NCBI GenBank assembly: GCA_031458775.1
Contig: JAVKJV010000004.1
Coordinates: 34,398 to 98,397 of the forward strand
DNA: 64,000 nt
From: Candidatus Fervidifonticultor quartus
GTDB taxonomy: Bacteria; Sysuimicrobiota; Sysuimicrobiia; Sysuimicrobiales; Humicultoraceae
Reading direction: 5' to 3'
A model generated the notes under the pieces. It made no database searches. It saw nothing but the letters and a program-made list of their open reading frames with translations, and was not told the origin of the DNA. Within the stretch, counting starts at the first letter, position 1; each line of letters begins with the position of its first letter. Shown here one piece after another: positions 42,886 to 52,408 of this stretch. Both the position numbers and the translations under genes were made by a program.

Positions 42886-43812
42886 ATGACGCTCGGCTCA
42901 TATCTCGTCCGCCGCATCGGCGTCGCCCTCCCCACTCTCGTCGGGGTCACGCTCGCGATCTTCTTCATGGTCCGCCTCATCCCGGGCGATCCGGCGAGGG
43001 TGATCCTTGGCCTGCAGGCCTCGGACGAGGAGGTCGTGCGCATCCGGCGCGAACTCGGCCTCGACCGGCCGATCTACGTGCAGTACGGTCGCTTCATCGG
43101 CCGCCTGGTGCGGGGTGACCTCGGGATCTCGGCCGTCACCCGGGCGCCGGTGATCGAGGAGGTCGCCACGCGGCTGGGGCCGACCGCCCAGCTCGCGGTC
43201 TCGAGCATCGTCGTCGCGACGGCGGTCGGGCTCGGCGCCGGCATCGTCTCGGCCACCCGGCAGTACACGGCCATCGACTACCTGGTCATGACCGTGGCGC
43301 TGTGCGGGGTCTCGATCCCGGTGTTCTGGCTGGGGATCATGCTCATGCTGGTGTTTTCGGTGTACCTGCACTGGCTGCCCGCAGGCGGCTACGGCGGCCC
43401 GGCGCACTTCGTGCTACCGACGATCGCGCTGGCGGCGTTCTCGATCGCGATCATTGCGCGCATGACACGCAGCAGCCTGCTGGAGACGTTCAACCAGGAC
43501 TACGTGCGCACGGCGCACGCCAAGGGTGCGCGCCCCCGCGCGGTGGTCCTGCGGCATGCGCTCAAGAACGCGCTGATCCCGGTGATCACGGTGATCGGCC
43601 TGCAGTTCGGCGCGCTGCTGGGCGGTGCGATCCTGACCGAGACGACCTTCGCCTGGCCCGGGATGGGCCGCCTGCTGGTGAACGCGATCACGTCGCGCGA
43701 CTACCCGGTCGTCCAAGGGATCGTCCTCACGTTCGCCGTGATCTTCACGGTGGTCAACCTGATCGTCGATCTCCTCTACGCGTATGTCGACCCGCGCATC
43801 CACTACGGTTAG
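42886..43812 (+). CDS. peptide/nickel ABC transporter permease (DppB-like)
   Basis: Typical DppB N-terminus (YLVRRIGVALPTLVGVTLAIFFMVRLIPGDP) and C-terminus (YVDPRIHYG). Confidence 0.8.
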   Translation: MTLGSYLVRRIGVALPTLVGVTLAIFFMVRLIPGDPARVILGLQASDEEVVRIRRELGLDRPIYVQYGRFIGRLVRGDLGISAVTRAPVIEEVATRLGPTAQLAVSSIVVATAVGLGAGIVSATRQYTAIDYLVMTVALCGVSIPVFWLGIMLMLVFSVYLHWLPAGGYGGPAHFVLPTIALAAFSIAIIARMTRSSLLETFNQDYVRTAHAKGARPRAVVLRHALKNALIPVITVIGLQFGALLGGAILTETTFAWPGMGRLLVNAITSRDYPVVQGIVLTFAVIFTVVNLIVDLLYAYVDPRIHYG

Positions 43813-43816
43813 GTGG

Positions 43817-44674
43817 GTGCCCGAGATCGCGGTGCGCCCGCGGGCGGGTGTGTTCCGCCGCCTGGGCCGCCATCGTACGGCGCTCGTCGGGCTGGCGGTG
43901 CTGCTCGGATTCGTGGTCGCCACCGTCGCGGCGCCGATCGTCCTGCCGTACGATCCCACGGAGGCCGACTTCGAGAAGGTGCTGCGGCGGCCCTCACCGG
44001 CGCATCCCTTCGGCACCGATCAGCTCGGCCGCGACCTCTTCACTCGCGTGGTGTACGGCGCACGCGTGTCGTTCCTGATCGGCGTGCTCGCGGTGGGACT
44101 GAGCGCCGCCATTGGTGTCCCGATCGGCCTGGTGTCGGGCTATCACGGCGGCACGGTCGACCTGGTCGCGCAGCGCGCCGTGGACCTCATGCTGGCGTTC
44201 CCCGGGTTCTTGCTGGCCCTCACGCTCATCGCGGTGCTCGGCGTGGGGGTCACTAACGTCGTCGTCTCCGTAGGGCTGGCCACGGCGCCCGTGTACGTGC
44301 GCCTGGTGCGCGGGGTTGCGCTCTCGGTGAAATCGCAAGTCTACATCGAGGCGGCCCGGGCCTGCGGTGTCCCGGAACGCCGGATCATCGGCCGTCACGT
44401 CCTCCCCAACTGCCTGCCGCCGGTGATCGTGCAATCCACCCTGCAGCTCGGCGCAGCGATCCTCACCGCGGCGGGCCTCGGCTTCCTGGGGCTTGGGGTG
44501 AAGCCGCCGACGCCCGAGTGGGGTACCATGTTGGGCGAGGGCCAGACGTACCTGTTCTCGTCGTGGTACATCGCGACGTTCCCGGGGCTGGCAATCTTCC
44601 TCAGCGTGCTGGCGTTCAATCTGTTGGGTGACGGTCTACGCGACGCGCTCGATCCTCGCATGAAGCTGGGCTAG
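43817..44674 (+). CDS. peptide/nickel ABC transporter permease (DppC-like)
   Basis: DppC-like with C-terminal LGDGLRDALDPR. GTG start immediately after the dppB-like stop. Confidence 0.8.
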   Translation: MPEIAVRPRAGVFRRLGRHRTALVGLAVLLGFVVATVAAPIVLPYDPTEADFEKVLRRPSPAHPFGTDQLGRDLFTRVVYGARVSFLIGVLAVGLSAAIGVPIGLVSGYHGGTVDLVAQRAVDLMLAFPGFLLALTLIAVLGVGVTNVVVSVGLATAPVYVRLVRGVALSVKSQVYIEAARACGVPERRIIGRHVLPNCLPPVIVQSTLQLGAAILTAAGLGFLGLGVKPPTPEWGTMLGEGQTYLFSSWYIATFPGLAIFLSVLAFNLLGDGLRDALDPRMKLG

Positions 44675-44684
44675 ACGTCGCGTC

Positions 44685-45323
44685 ATGGTGATGCCGGACG
44701 TGCAGGCCGGAGATCAGGAGCAGATGCCACTCTCGGCGGTCCTCGAGGCCGCCCTCAACGAGGCCGACTGGCGGCCGATGCGCATCGGCGACCTGATCGA
44801 CCGGACGGCCGACCGCGGGTACGGGCTGTTGCTGATCTTCCTCGGGCTGCCCATGCTGATCCCGTTCTTGCCGCCCGGTTCCTCAACCCTGGTCGGCCCG
44901 ATCTACGCGGCGTTCGCGGTGCAGATGCTGCGGGGCTCGCACCGCCCGTGGATGCCCCACCGCTTCCGCGAAGCCATCCTGGCGCCCGCCACGATCAGGG
45001 CGCTACGCCGCCGGGGTCTGCCCGTTGTCCGTGCCTTCGAACGGCTATCGCGGCCGCGGGCGCTGTGGGTCGGAGAGACCGTCATGCTGCGGACTGTCGG
45101 GATCATGGTGCTGTTGATGGGCCTGGTCCTGCTCAGCCCCCTGCCGTTTCTCAACACGCTCCCGGCGGTCTCGGTCATGCTGATCGGCATGGGCCTGCTG
45201 AACCGGGACGGGTTGTTCGTCCTGGCCGGGATGACCGTCGGGGCGGTCACCCTGGGACTGATCGGCCTGTCGGCACAGGCGGTGCTGGTCCTCATCGAGC
45301 GGCTGAAGTCCGGCGTCCCGTAG
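44685..45323 (+). CDS. ExoD-family membrane protein
   Basis: 212 aa with an ExoD-like pattern (LSAVLEAALNEADWRPMRIGDLIDRTADRGYGLLLIFLGLPMLIP…). Confidence 0.5.
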   Translation: MVMPDVQAGDQEQMPLSAVLEAALNEADWRPMRIGDLIDRTADRGYGLLLIFLGLPMLIPFLPPGSSTLVGPIYAAFAVQMLRGSHRPWMPHRFREAILAPATIRALRRRGLPVVRAFERLSRPRALWVGETVMLRTVGIMVLLMGLVLLSPLPFLNTLPAVSVMLIGMGLLNRDGLFVLAGMTVGAVTLGLIGLSAQAVLVLIERLKSGVP

Positions 45324-45400
45324 CGCACGAGGTCGCGACGAGGAGCGCCTCTTCGCCCTGGAGAAGTCCCCCGGCGACCCGATCAGCGGAGGTGAGAGCG

Positions 45401-45781
45401 GTGGGCGGCTTCGTTCATATCGAGATCCCGACCGGCGACCTCAGGCGCGCCAAGGCCTTCTACGGCAAGGTGTTTGGCTGGACGTTCCGTGACTACGGCA
45501 AGGAGTACGTGCTCTTCGAGGTTCCGGGCGGCGGCGTCGGCGGCGGCCTCACGAAGGTGAAGAAGGTGCCGACGAAGGCGGCGGTCAACGCCTACATCGA
45601 AGTCGACGACATCGACGCCACGCTCAAGGAGATCAAGAAGGCTCGGGGCAAGGTCCTGAGGGGCAAGACCGACATCGGCGGCGGCATGGGATCGTGGGCG
45701 AGCTTCGCCGACAACCAGGGCGCGGTGCTGTTCCTCTGGCAACGCGGCGCGCCCGCCGCGCAGACGAGTCTGCCGATGTAG
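45401..45781 (+). CDS. VOC (glyoxalase/bleomycin-resistance fold) family protein
   Basis: 126 aa (VGGFVHIEIPTGDLRRAKAFYGKVFGW…), from a GTG after GGAGGTGA. The longer annotated ORF upstream is Arg-rich. Confidence 0.55.
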   Translation: MGGFVHIEIPTGDLRRAKAFYGKVFGWTFRDYGKEYVLFEVPGGGVGGGLTKVKKVPTKAAVNAYIEVDDIDATLKEIKKARGKVLRGKTDIGGGMGSWASFADNQGAVLFLWQRGAPAAQTSLPM

Positions 45782-45849
45782 CGCGGCCGTTGCACGGACG
45801 CGAGGGCGGGCCCTCCCGCCCTCGCGCGTGTTCGACGCGGCGGTGCGCC

Positions 45850-46830
45850 CTACACGTGCAACTCGAGGATGTCACCGTCCTCGAGCGCGTGGTCGCGGCC
45901 GACCATCAACCCGTCAATCGCGCCGTGGCGCCACAACCGGGCGAACCGCAGGCGTTCGGCGAAGTCCTTGTGCACGACGGCCGCGGCGTCGAGCACCGTC
46001 GTCCCCTGCTTCAGGATGTAGGGCACCTGCAGGTCGGGCTTCTTGCCGGGCTTCTTGCTGTAGACGCGTACCAGACGGAGCATCCGGAACATCGTCCGGC
46101 GCAGCTCGGAGAGGTTCACGTCCTGCTCCGCGGACACGGGCAAGACCGGCAGCCGATCACCGTAGAATTCTTTGAAGACGGCCAGGGCCGCGGCCGCGGC
46201 CGGCGCGTCGAGCTTCGCGGCCACGAAGATCGCCGGGACCTCGTGGGAACCAGTGCGTACCTGCCCCGGCGGGATCAATGTCACGTTCGCGCGGCTGAGC
46301 AACTCGAGCACGTGCTCGGTCGAGCCGAGAAGATCCTGGTCCGCCAGGTCGACGACACACAGCGCGCCGTCGGCGCCGCGGATCAACGCGTAGAGCCAGC
46401 CTTCGGCAGACTCCTCGCTGATCGGCGGCAGGTCCACGAGCTGGATCTGCACGTCCTCGAACGCGGCCATCCCGGCCAGCGGTACGCGCGTGGAAAACGG
46501 ATAGTCCGCCACCTCCGGAGTGGCGTTGGTCAGCGCCGCCAGGATCGACGACTTGCCGGAGTTGGGCGCACCGACCAGGACGATCTGCCCGGCGCCCTCG
46601 CGCTCAACATGGTAGAACGGCCGGGATCGCGCCGCGCCCTTGCGCCGCTGCGTCTCCTCGCGCAACTTCGCGATGCGGCGCTTGAGGTCGGCCTGCATCT
46701 TCTCCGTCCCCTTGTGCTTGGGGATGGTCCGCAGCATCTCCTCGAGCGCGACCAGGCGGGCTTCGGGGGTTGTGGCCTCCTTGAACTTCTTGTCCGCGGC
46801 CAGGTATTCGGGCGTCAGGTTGGCTGGCAT
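45850..46830 (-). CDS. Obg-family GTPase of DRG/Rbg type with C-terminal TGS domain
   Basis: G1 GAPNSGKSS, G2 FST, G3 DLPP and a C-terminal TGS (…LKQGTTVLDAAAVVHKDFAERLRFARLWRHG…). N-terminal helical region as in DRG proteins. Confidence 0.7.
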   Translation of the reverse strand: MPANLTPEYLAADKKFKEATTPEARLVALEEMLRTIPKHKGTEKMQADLKRRIAKLREETQRRKGAARSRPFYHVEREGAGQIVLVGAPNSGKSSILAALTNATPEVADYPFSTRVPLAGMAAFEDVQIQLVDLPPISEESAEGWLYALIRGADGALCVVDLADQDLLGSTEHVLELLSRANVTLIPPGQVRTGSHEVPAIFVAAKLDAPAAAAALAVFKEFYGDRLPVLPVSAEQDVNLSELRRTMFRMLRLVRVYSKKPGKKPDLQVPYILKQGTTVLDAAAVVHKDFAERLRFARLWRHGAIDGLMVGRDHALEDGDILELHV

Positions 46831-46949
46831 GGCTGCGGCAGCATTGTAGCAAAGGCAGGCGGCGGCCGGCCAATGCGCGGGAACTCCACGCCCCGTGAGC
46901 GCGTCTCACACACTGGAATCCGGACATTGTGCTCTGAAGGAGGCACACC

Positions 46950-47636
46950 ATGCGTTGGGTCCTCGTTGTCCTGCTGATGCTCAGTCTCACGATGCTGCCC
47001 GCCGGCGCCCAGGCGCCCGAACCCGGACGCCATCAGATCGTCACCACCGGACACGGCCGGATCGAGGTCTCACCGGACCAGGCCTCGGTCTCGGTCGGTG
47101 GCCAGGCGCAGCGTGCGACCGCCGCCGAGGCCGCGGCCGAGGTCAACCGCACCGCGACGCAAGCCCTGGAACGCATCCGTGGGCTTGGCATCAGAGCCGA
47201 CGCCATCCGGACGTCCGCGGTGCAGGTCTTCCCGATCTACAGCACCCCGCGCGACGGCAGCGCGCCGCAGATCACCGGCTATCGCGCCACCTCCATGCTG
47301 ACCGTGACGGTTGCCGATCTCTCCCTGGTCGGCCGGGTGATCGACGCCTCGATCCAGGCCGGTGCCAACCTGGTGCACGGGATCTCCTTCGGGCTGCGGG
47401 ACGCGTCCCGCGCGCGCAACGAGGCCCTGACGCTCGCCGTGCGGGACGCCCGCGACAAGGGCGAGGCGATCGCCCAGGCCGCCGGGCTGCGCATCAGCGG
47501 CATCGAGCGGATCGTGGAAGAGGGCGCGAGCGTACAACCGCGCGAGATGCGCGTCGCGGCGGCACCGGTGCCGACGCCGGTCGAGCCGGGCACGGTGTCG
47601 GTCACCGCGCAGGTCACGGTGGTGTTCCGCTACTAG
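46950..47636 (+). CDS. SIMPL-domain (DUF541) secreted protein
   Basis: Signal peptide plus a SIMPL pattern (ITTGHGRIEVSPDQA…ITGYRATSMLTV…VTVVFRY). Confidence 0.65.
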   Translation: MRWVLVVLLMLSLTMLPAGAQAPEPGRHQIVTTGHGRIEVSPDQASVSVGGQAQRATAAEAAAEVNRTATQALERIRGLGIRADAIRTSAVQVFPIYSTPRDGSAPQITGYRATSMLTVTVADLSLVGRVIDASIQAGANLVHGISFGLRDASRARNEALTLAVRDARDKGEAIAQAAGLRISGIERIVEEGASVQPREMRVAAAPVPTPVEPGTVSVTAQVTVVFRY

Positions 47637-48312
47637 AGCGAAGGGCGCGCGCCGAGAGCGTGTGCGGCGCTTCGATCGCCGCCTCGGGCCACTCGACCCG
47701 AATCAACGCGGCCAGACCTTCAAGGTGGGCCCGTGCGACACCAGCGGACACCCCTGCCGGACACCACGCGCCAAACAGCGCGGCCTGAGATGCATCATGC
47801 AACCGGGTACGGTAGTCCGGCCCATAGAGCACGGAGGCGATCACACCCTCGGCGTCGCGGACGACCATGTCGCCGGGCGCAATCGCGTGCTCTTTGCCGT
47901 TGAGTTTCGTGTACCGCTCGCCGTCGCGGCCGATGTCCACGAGGAGCGGGCCCCGCAGCGCGTCGAGGTCGTGTCCCGAGGTCAGGACCAGTGTGTCGAT
48001 CTCAGCGGCAAACATCGCCTGGACCAGGGCCGAGGGACTCTCGATCGGCCTGCCGCCCAGGATCGTCTTCACCTGGTGGATCACTGGGTACCGCTGGCCA
48101 TAGCGCTTGAAGTACGCGGCGTACGCCCGGCCCACCGGGTTGGCATCAGGCGGCTCCGTTGCGTGACGCGCCCGCAGACGGGTCTCGACCGCGCGCGTGG
48201 GTCCGGCCAGCGCCGCGGCCCGAGGCCGGTTAGGGCAGCCCCGGACGATGAGGACGCCGAACACGCCTTCGGGGAGGCGATCTCCGAACTGCGGGGACAG
48301 CACGACCTCCAT
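47614..48312 (-). CDS. B3/4-domain protein (PheT B3/B4-like, stand-alone)
   Basis: ~230 aa from the internal ATG (MEVVLSPQFG…), with a B3_4-like core (…HQVKTILGGRPIES…LTSGHDLD…). Confidence 0.45.
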   Translation of the reverse strand: MEVVLSPQFGDRLPEGVFGVLIVRGCPNRPRAAALAGPTRAVETRLRARHATEPPDANPVGRAYAAYFKRYGQRYPVIHQVKTILGGRPIESPSALVQAMFAAEIDTLVLTSGHDLDALRGPLLVDIGRDGERYTKLNGKEHAIAPGDMVVRDAEGVIASVLYGPDYRTRLHDASQAALFGAWCPAGVSAGVARAHLEGLAALIRVEWPEAAIEAPHTLSARALRSSSGTPP

Positions 48313-48361
48313 GATCGGGCCCTCCCTCCGGCATCCGGCGGACCCGCGCCGAAACGCCCCC

Positions 48362-49693
48362 CTAGACCGCCGAAGCCCAGGCTGCCTGCGCCGATAGCTC
48401 GGCGATGAGCGCCCGGCCGGCCCGGTCCATGAATGCGGCGATCTCCGCGGGCGTCCTCGGATCGGCTTCGTCGGCCTTCGGGGTCTTGACACCAGTGGCG
48501 TAGTACTCCAGGAACGGCGAGATGCTCTTGAAGGGATAGATGACGTAGACCTTCTTGCCCGTGGTATGCGCGTGAATCATCTCTGAGAGCACGCCAAACG
48601 ACATCTGGCTCGTCGGATAGAAGACGACGTTCATGTCCGACTGATCGATCAGCCGCAGGTCGCGCACCACGGTCGCGCGTCCCAGTTGCAACCGCGTCCG
48701 GTCGTCCAGACCCGCGGCCCACGCGCGCAGCCCGTCGAGTGATCCGGCCCACTCTAGGATCTCCGCCCGCTGCGCCTCGGAGAACTGCTGCTCGAACTCC
48801 CGGCTGCCGATCTTCGCGAACGCGGCGGCCTCTTCGTCCTTGACCGACAACGGGTCGAACACGACGAAGTGCTCTCGCAACCGATGCCCGAAGTCCCTCG
48901 CCATCTCGATGAGCTGCCAGAGCCCTTCGCGGCGCAGATTGGTGATGGGATAGCCTAGGTAGATCCGGGGCCTTTTAAAGCAGATGAGATCGAAGAGAGT
49001 GCTCGTCGGCTCGTCGTGCGCAATCAGGTAGTGGGGCACGCGCTCGTAGGCTGCGAACATCTTCGAGAGGAAGACTTCCTGCTCTTGCCACGCGATCAGC
49101 TCGTCGGCATCGAGCCGTCCCCGCCACTGGTCGGTCTCGTGCAACCGCCGGTGGATCTGGTAGACGCTGTCGATGATGGTGACGTAGAAGATGCCCTCGG
49201 GCCGGACCGCCGGCGCCAGGCGCAGACCTGGCAGTGTCTCCTGCACGGCGGTCTCCTCGGGCGCGTGCATACGCCGGCGTGTCTCGTCGAACAGGAGCTT
49301 CAGGTAGTGCGTATCGAGCCCGGGAATGAGATGGCTCTTCCACCAGAAGCAGGCGTGCGTGACCAGGATCGTGCAGAGATCGGGTTCCCACAGCGCGTCG
49401 TCGTTGACGACTTCGGTGAACGCGATGGCACGCAGCTCCTGCAGGGCCTCGGGCGACATGTCCAGGATGGTCTCGGTCCTGACGTCCATGCCCAGGTCGC
49501 GGGCGCGGTCGAGCATCAACCGGCCCATGTCGATCGTACGCAGGCGCCTGATCGGCGACGTCCACCGGCCGTCGCGTATCTCCTGTGCGATGCGCCGCGT
49601 GCCCTCGTCGATCAGGCGGACGAGGTAACCCGGCGCGCCGCCCGCGTCGCGGAGTTTGCCGGTCCCGGAAATGCCCGTGGCGATGACAATCAT
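48362..49693 (-). CDS. uncharacterised protein with N-terminal P-loop-like motif (kinase/NTPase-like; family unresolved)
   Basis: 443 aa starting MIVIATGISGTGKL (GxxxxGK, Walker-A-like). No confident family match by eye. Lies immediately downstream of cofE and fno, with short gaps. Confidence 0.45.
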   Translation of the reverse strand: MIVIATGISGTGKLRDAGGAPGYLVRLIDEGTRRIAQEIRDGRWTSPIRRLRTIDMGRLMLDRARDLGMDVRTETILDMSPEALQELRAIAFTEVVNDDALWEPDLCTILVTHACFWWKSHLIPGLDTHYLKLLFDETRRRMHAPEETAVQETLPGLRLAPAVRPEGIFYVTIIDSVYQIHRRLHETDQWRGRLDADELIAWQEQEVFLSKMFAAYERVPHYLIAHDEPTSTLFDLICFKRPRIYLGYPITNLRREGLWQLIEMARDFGHRLREHFVVFDPLSVKDEEAAAFAKIGSREFEQQFSEAQRAEILEWAGSLDGLRAWAAGLDDRTRLQLGRATVVRDLRLIDQSDMNVVFYPTSQMSFGVLSEMIHAHTTGKKVYVIYPFKSISPFLEYYATGVKTPKADEADPRTPAEIAAFMDRAGRALIAELSAQAAWASAV

Positions 49694-49710
49694 GCTCCCA
49701 CCTCATTTGC

Positions 49711-50466
49711 CTATCGGAAGAGGTCGTCCTCCTGCGGCCGCACCAGATCCGCTGCGCGGTCGGCGCCCGGCTCCTCGGCGCCTCGGATGAGCACCACTGG
49801 CCGACCCTCGGCCGCCTGCCCCTGCAGCAGGTTCGCCATGCCGGCCAGTTCGTCGGCCACGGCTTCGACCGACACGCGGAGCACGTATCCGTACCGGTCG
49901 GCCTCGCCGATGTACGAGCGCAGCACCCGCAGGCCGGCCGCACCGATCGCCGCTCCGGTGGTGCCCTGCCGGAACGGCCGGCCGTGACTGTCGTTCACGA
50001 TCACGCCCACGTCCGCACCAAACGCCTCGCGCAGCCTCTCGCGAATCCGGGCCGCCGACGCGTCAGGGTCACGCGGCAGGGTGACCACCACGTCGTCGCC
50101 GAGTCCGACGTTCGAGTGATCCACGCCGGCGTTGGCGCAGACAAAGCCCAGGCGGTGCTGAGCGATGATCAACCCGGGGCGGACGCGTCGCACGGTGATA
50201 GATTCCCGCAGGATGACCTCCACCAGACGTGGGTCCTTGTGCGTGTCCTGCGCGAGGGCCAGCGCACGCGCGCCGGGCGTCACGGTCCGAAGATCCACGA
50301 CGCTGCCCTCCGCCTTGGAGACCACCTTATGCGCGATGACGACGACATCGCGCGGCTCGGGCACGAGGCCCGCGCCGCGCAGCGCGGCGATGATGGCGGC
50401 CACCAGATCGTCGCCCGGACGGATTTCCGGGAACGGCTCAGGCGCCCACGCCAGCAGCGCCTTCAT
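49711..50466 (-). CDS. cofE: coenzyme F420-0:L-glutamate ligase (CofE / FbiB N-domain-like)
   Basis: CofE pattern (…EIRPGDDLVAAI…VVIAHKVVSKAEG…IIAQHRLGFVCANAGVD…). Start placed at MKALLAW…, whose ATG overlaps the fno stop. Confidence 0.7.
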   Translation of the reverse strand: MKALLAWAPEPFPEIRPGDDLVAAIIAALRGAGLVPEPRDVVVIAHKVVSKAEGSVVDLRTVTPGARALALAQDTHKDPRLVEVILRESITVRRVRPGLIIAQHRLGFVCANAGVDHSNVGLGDDVVVTLPRDPDASAARIRERLREAFGADVGVIVNDSHGRPFRQGTTGAAIGAAGLRVLRSYIGEADRYGYVLRVSVEAVADELAGMANLLQGQAAEGRPVVLIRGAEEPGADRAADLVRPQEDDLFR

Positions 50467-51140
50467 CGGGGCCGCGCGTCGGGCGGGAGGTGTGCGATCC
50501 GGATCCCAAGGTTGCGGCGCCTGTAGCGCACGTTTAGGCTGATCACCAGACACGCCAGCGCTTCGACCGTCGCCGCGAACGCCAGCCCGCCGGCGTCGAC
50601 GCCGCGGGCGCCGATGCTGTTGGCCAGGTCAATGGCCCGGGCGCGGGCCTCTGCGTCGTCGCCGCACACCAGCACGTCCTGATCCAACGGCCGGGCGAGA
50701 TCGGCCAGCAACCGGGCCGAGAGCGTGTGGAACGCGGCTACGACTCGCGCCGATGGTACGAGCGCCTGTGTCTCGGCCGCAGCCGACCCGGCGGGCGGCG
50801 GCACGTAGCGGAACCCGGGCCCGAGCGGCACGGTGGCGTCGATTACCAGCTTTCCGGCCAGGACGCCGGCCAGCTCTTCGATCAGCGCGGCATGCCCTTC
50901 GAACGGACACGCCACCACCACGATCTCCGCGTCGTGGGCGGCCTGCAGGTTGCTGGCGCCGCGAGCGTTGTGCAGACCGAGGCGCCGCGCGACCTCGGCC
51001 CCGCGCTCGGGACTTCGCGATCCGATGATGACATCGTGCCCTCTCGCGCACAACCGTATGGCCAGCCCGTGACCGAGGTCTCCGGTGCCGCCCAGGATGC
51101 CGATGCTGGTCAGCGCGTGCTCATGCGCCGGCGCGTCCAT
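50463..51140 (-). CDS. fno: NADPH-dependent F420 reductase (Fno/NpdG)
   Basis: Rossmann motif IGILGGTGDLGHGLAIRL plus the short-chain Fno architecture. Confidence 0.75.
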   Translation of the reverse strand: MDAPAHEHALTSIGILGGTGDLGHGLAIRLCARGHDVIIGSRSPERGAEVARRLGLHNARGASNLQAAHDAEIVVVACPFEGHAALIEELAGVLAGKLVIDATVPLGPGFRYVPPPAGSAAAETQALVPSARVVAAFHTLSARLLADLARPLDQDVLVCGDDAEARARAIDLANSIGARGVDAGGLAFAATVEALACLVISLNVRYRRRNLGIRIAHLPPDARPR

Positions 51141-52408
51141 CAGCCCTGTCGCTCCGGTCCGGCCACGGCCACCGCGTACGCCTCGGTCGGAAAGCGGCGC
51201 ATCGCGGCGATGATTGCCTCGCGGCTCGTGCGGTTGATAATGCCGGGATAGCGCTCCAGATAGTCGAGCCCCAGGTTGAACAGTTCGATGTCGGCCATGG
51301 TCTGCGCGAGACCCTGGGTGGACTCCAGCCGGACCGCCAGTGACCCCACGAGGAACGTCCGGGCATCGGCGAGTTCATCGGGGCTCGGACCGTACACCTG
51401 CAGGTCCTTGATCTCATGGAGAATCGCGGACACCGCGCGCTCGACGTTGGCGGGACTCACGCCGGCGCGCACCGACCAGGGCCCGGCGAGCAGCCCAGCC
51501 CGCAAGTCGCTGAACGCATAGTAGGCCATCCCCTGCCTTTCGCGAACGTTCTGTCCGATGCGGCCCATCATCCCGAGCTGGCCCAGGAAGAGGTTGGCCA
51601 TCATCACGGCGTAATAGTGTGCGTCGTTGCGGCTGATGCCGGGGACTCCGAGCACCAGGTCGGACTGGCTCTTGCCGGGGAGGGTGACCTCCTCACGCTG
51701 CACGGCAGCCGGCGGCGCCGGTTCCGGAAACGCCGGCAGCACCCAGACACCCTCGGACGGCCACGCCGCGAACGCCGACGCCACAAGGTCTGTCGCGTGC
51801 GCGGGATCGATGTCGCCCACCAGCGCGAGAATGGTCGCCGCCGGCCGGTAGCGCCTCGCGTGGAACGCGCGCAGATCATCCGGCGCGAGCGCGGCCAGCA
51901 CCTGTTCGTCGCCGTCCGGGTTTGCCCGGTGCGGGTGTCCCTCCGGATACACCAGGCGCCGGAACAGGCGCTCCGCGACCTGACGCGTGTCCAGCGCGTT
52001 CACGCGCGCCACCGTGATCAACTCGTTGCGCACGCGCTCGATCTCATCCGCGGGGAATGCGGGCTCGGTGAGCACCTCCGCGGCGATGCCGAGCAGGGCG
52101 GGCAGGTCCGCGGCCAGCGACCGGCCCGTCACCGCGGTGACCTCGATGCCACCGGACACGGAGAGGCTGGCGCCCATGGCGTCGAGGTCTTCCGCGATCT
52201 GCGGGCCGCTGCGGCGCCGCGTACCGCGGATCAACGACGCGGCGACGAATCGCGCCAGACCCGACCGCTCACCGTCGAACATGGAGCCGGCCCTGACGTA
52301 GCCGTGGAGGGCGACCGCGCCCAACTCGGGCGCCGGCTTGACGAGACACACGAGACCGTTCGGCAGCACGGTGCGCCGGACCTGGGCCGCAATGATCGGC
52401 GCGGTCAC
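51140..52408 (-). CDS. M16 family peptidase, non-catalytic-type subunit (no HxxEH)
   Basis: M16 fold. Lacks the inverted zincin motif; the equivalent region reads ALHGYVRAGS. Confidence 0.7.
   Translation of the reverse strand: MTAPIIAAQVRRTVLPNGLVCLVKPAPELGAVALHGYVRAGSMFDGERSGLARFVAASLIRGTRRRSGPQIAEDLDAMGASLSVSGGIEVTAVTGRSLAADLPALLGIAAEVLTEPAFPADEIERVRNELITVARVNALDTRQVAERLFRRLVYPEGHPHRANPDGDEQVLAALAPDDLRAFHARRYRPAATILALVGDIDPAHATDLVASAFAAWPSEGVWVLPAFPEPAPPAAVQREEVTLPGKSQSDLVLGVPGISRNDAHYYAVMMANLFLGQLGMMGRIGQNVRERQGMAYYAFSDLRAGLLAGPWSVRAGVSPANVERAVSAILHEIKDLQVYGPSPDELADARTFLVGSLAVRLESTQGLAQTMADIELFNLGLDYLERYPGIINRTSREAIIAAMRRFPTEAYAVAVAGPERQG

Noticed and set aside
45694-46977. 427-aa plus-strand ORF
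   Set aside because: Antisense to the DRG-like GTPase gene, which has clear G-motifs.
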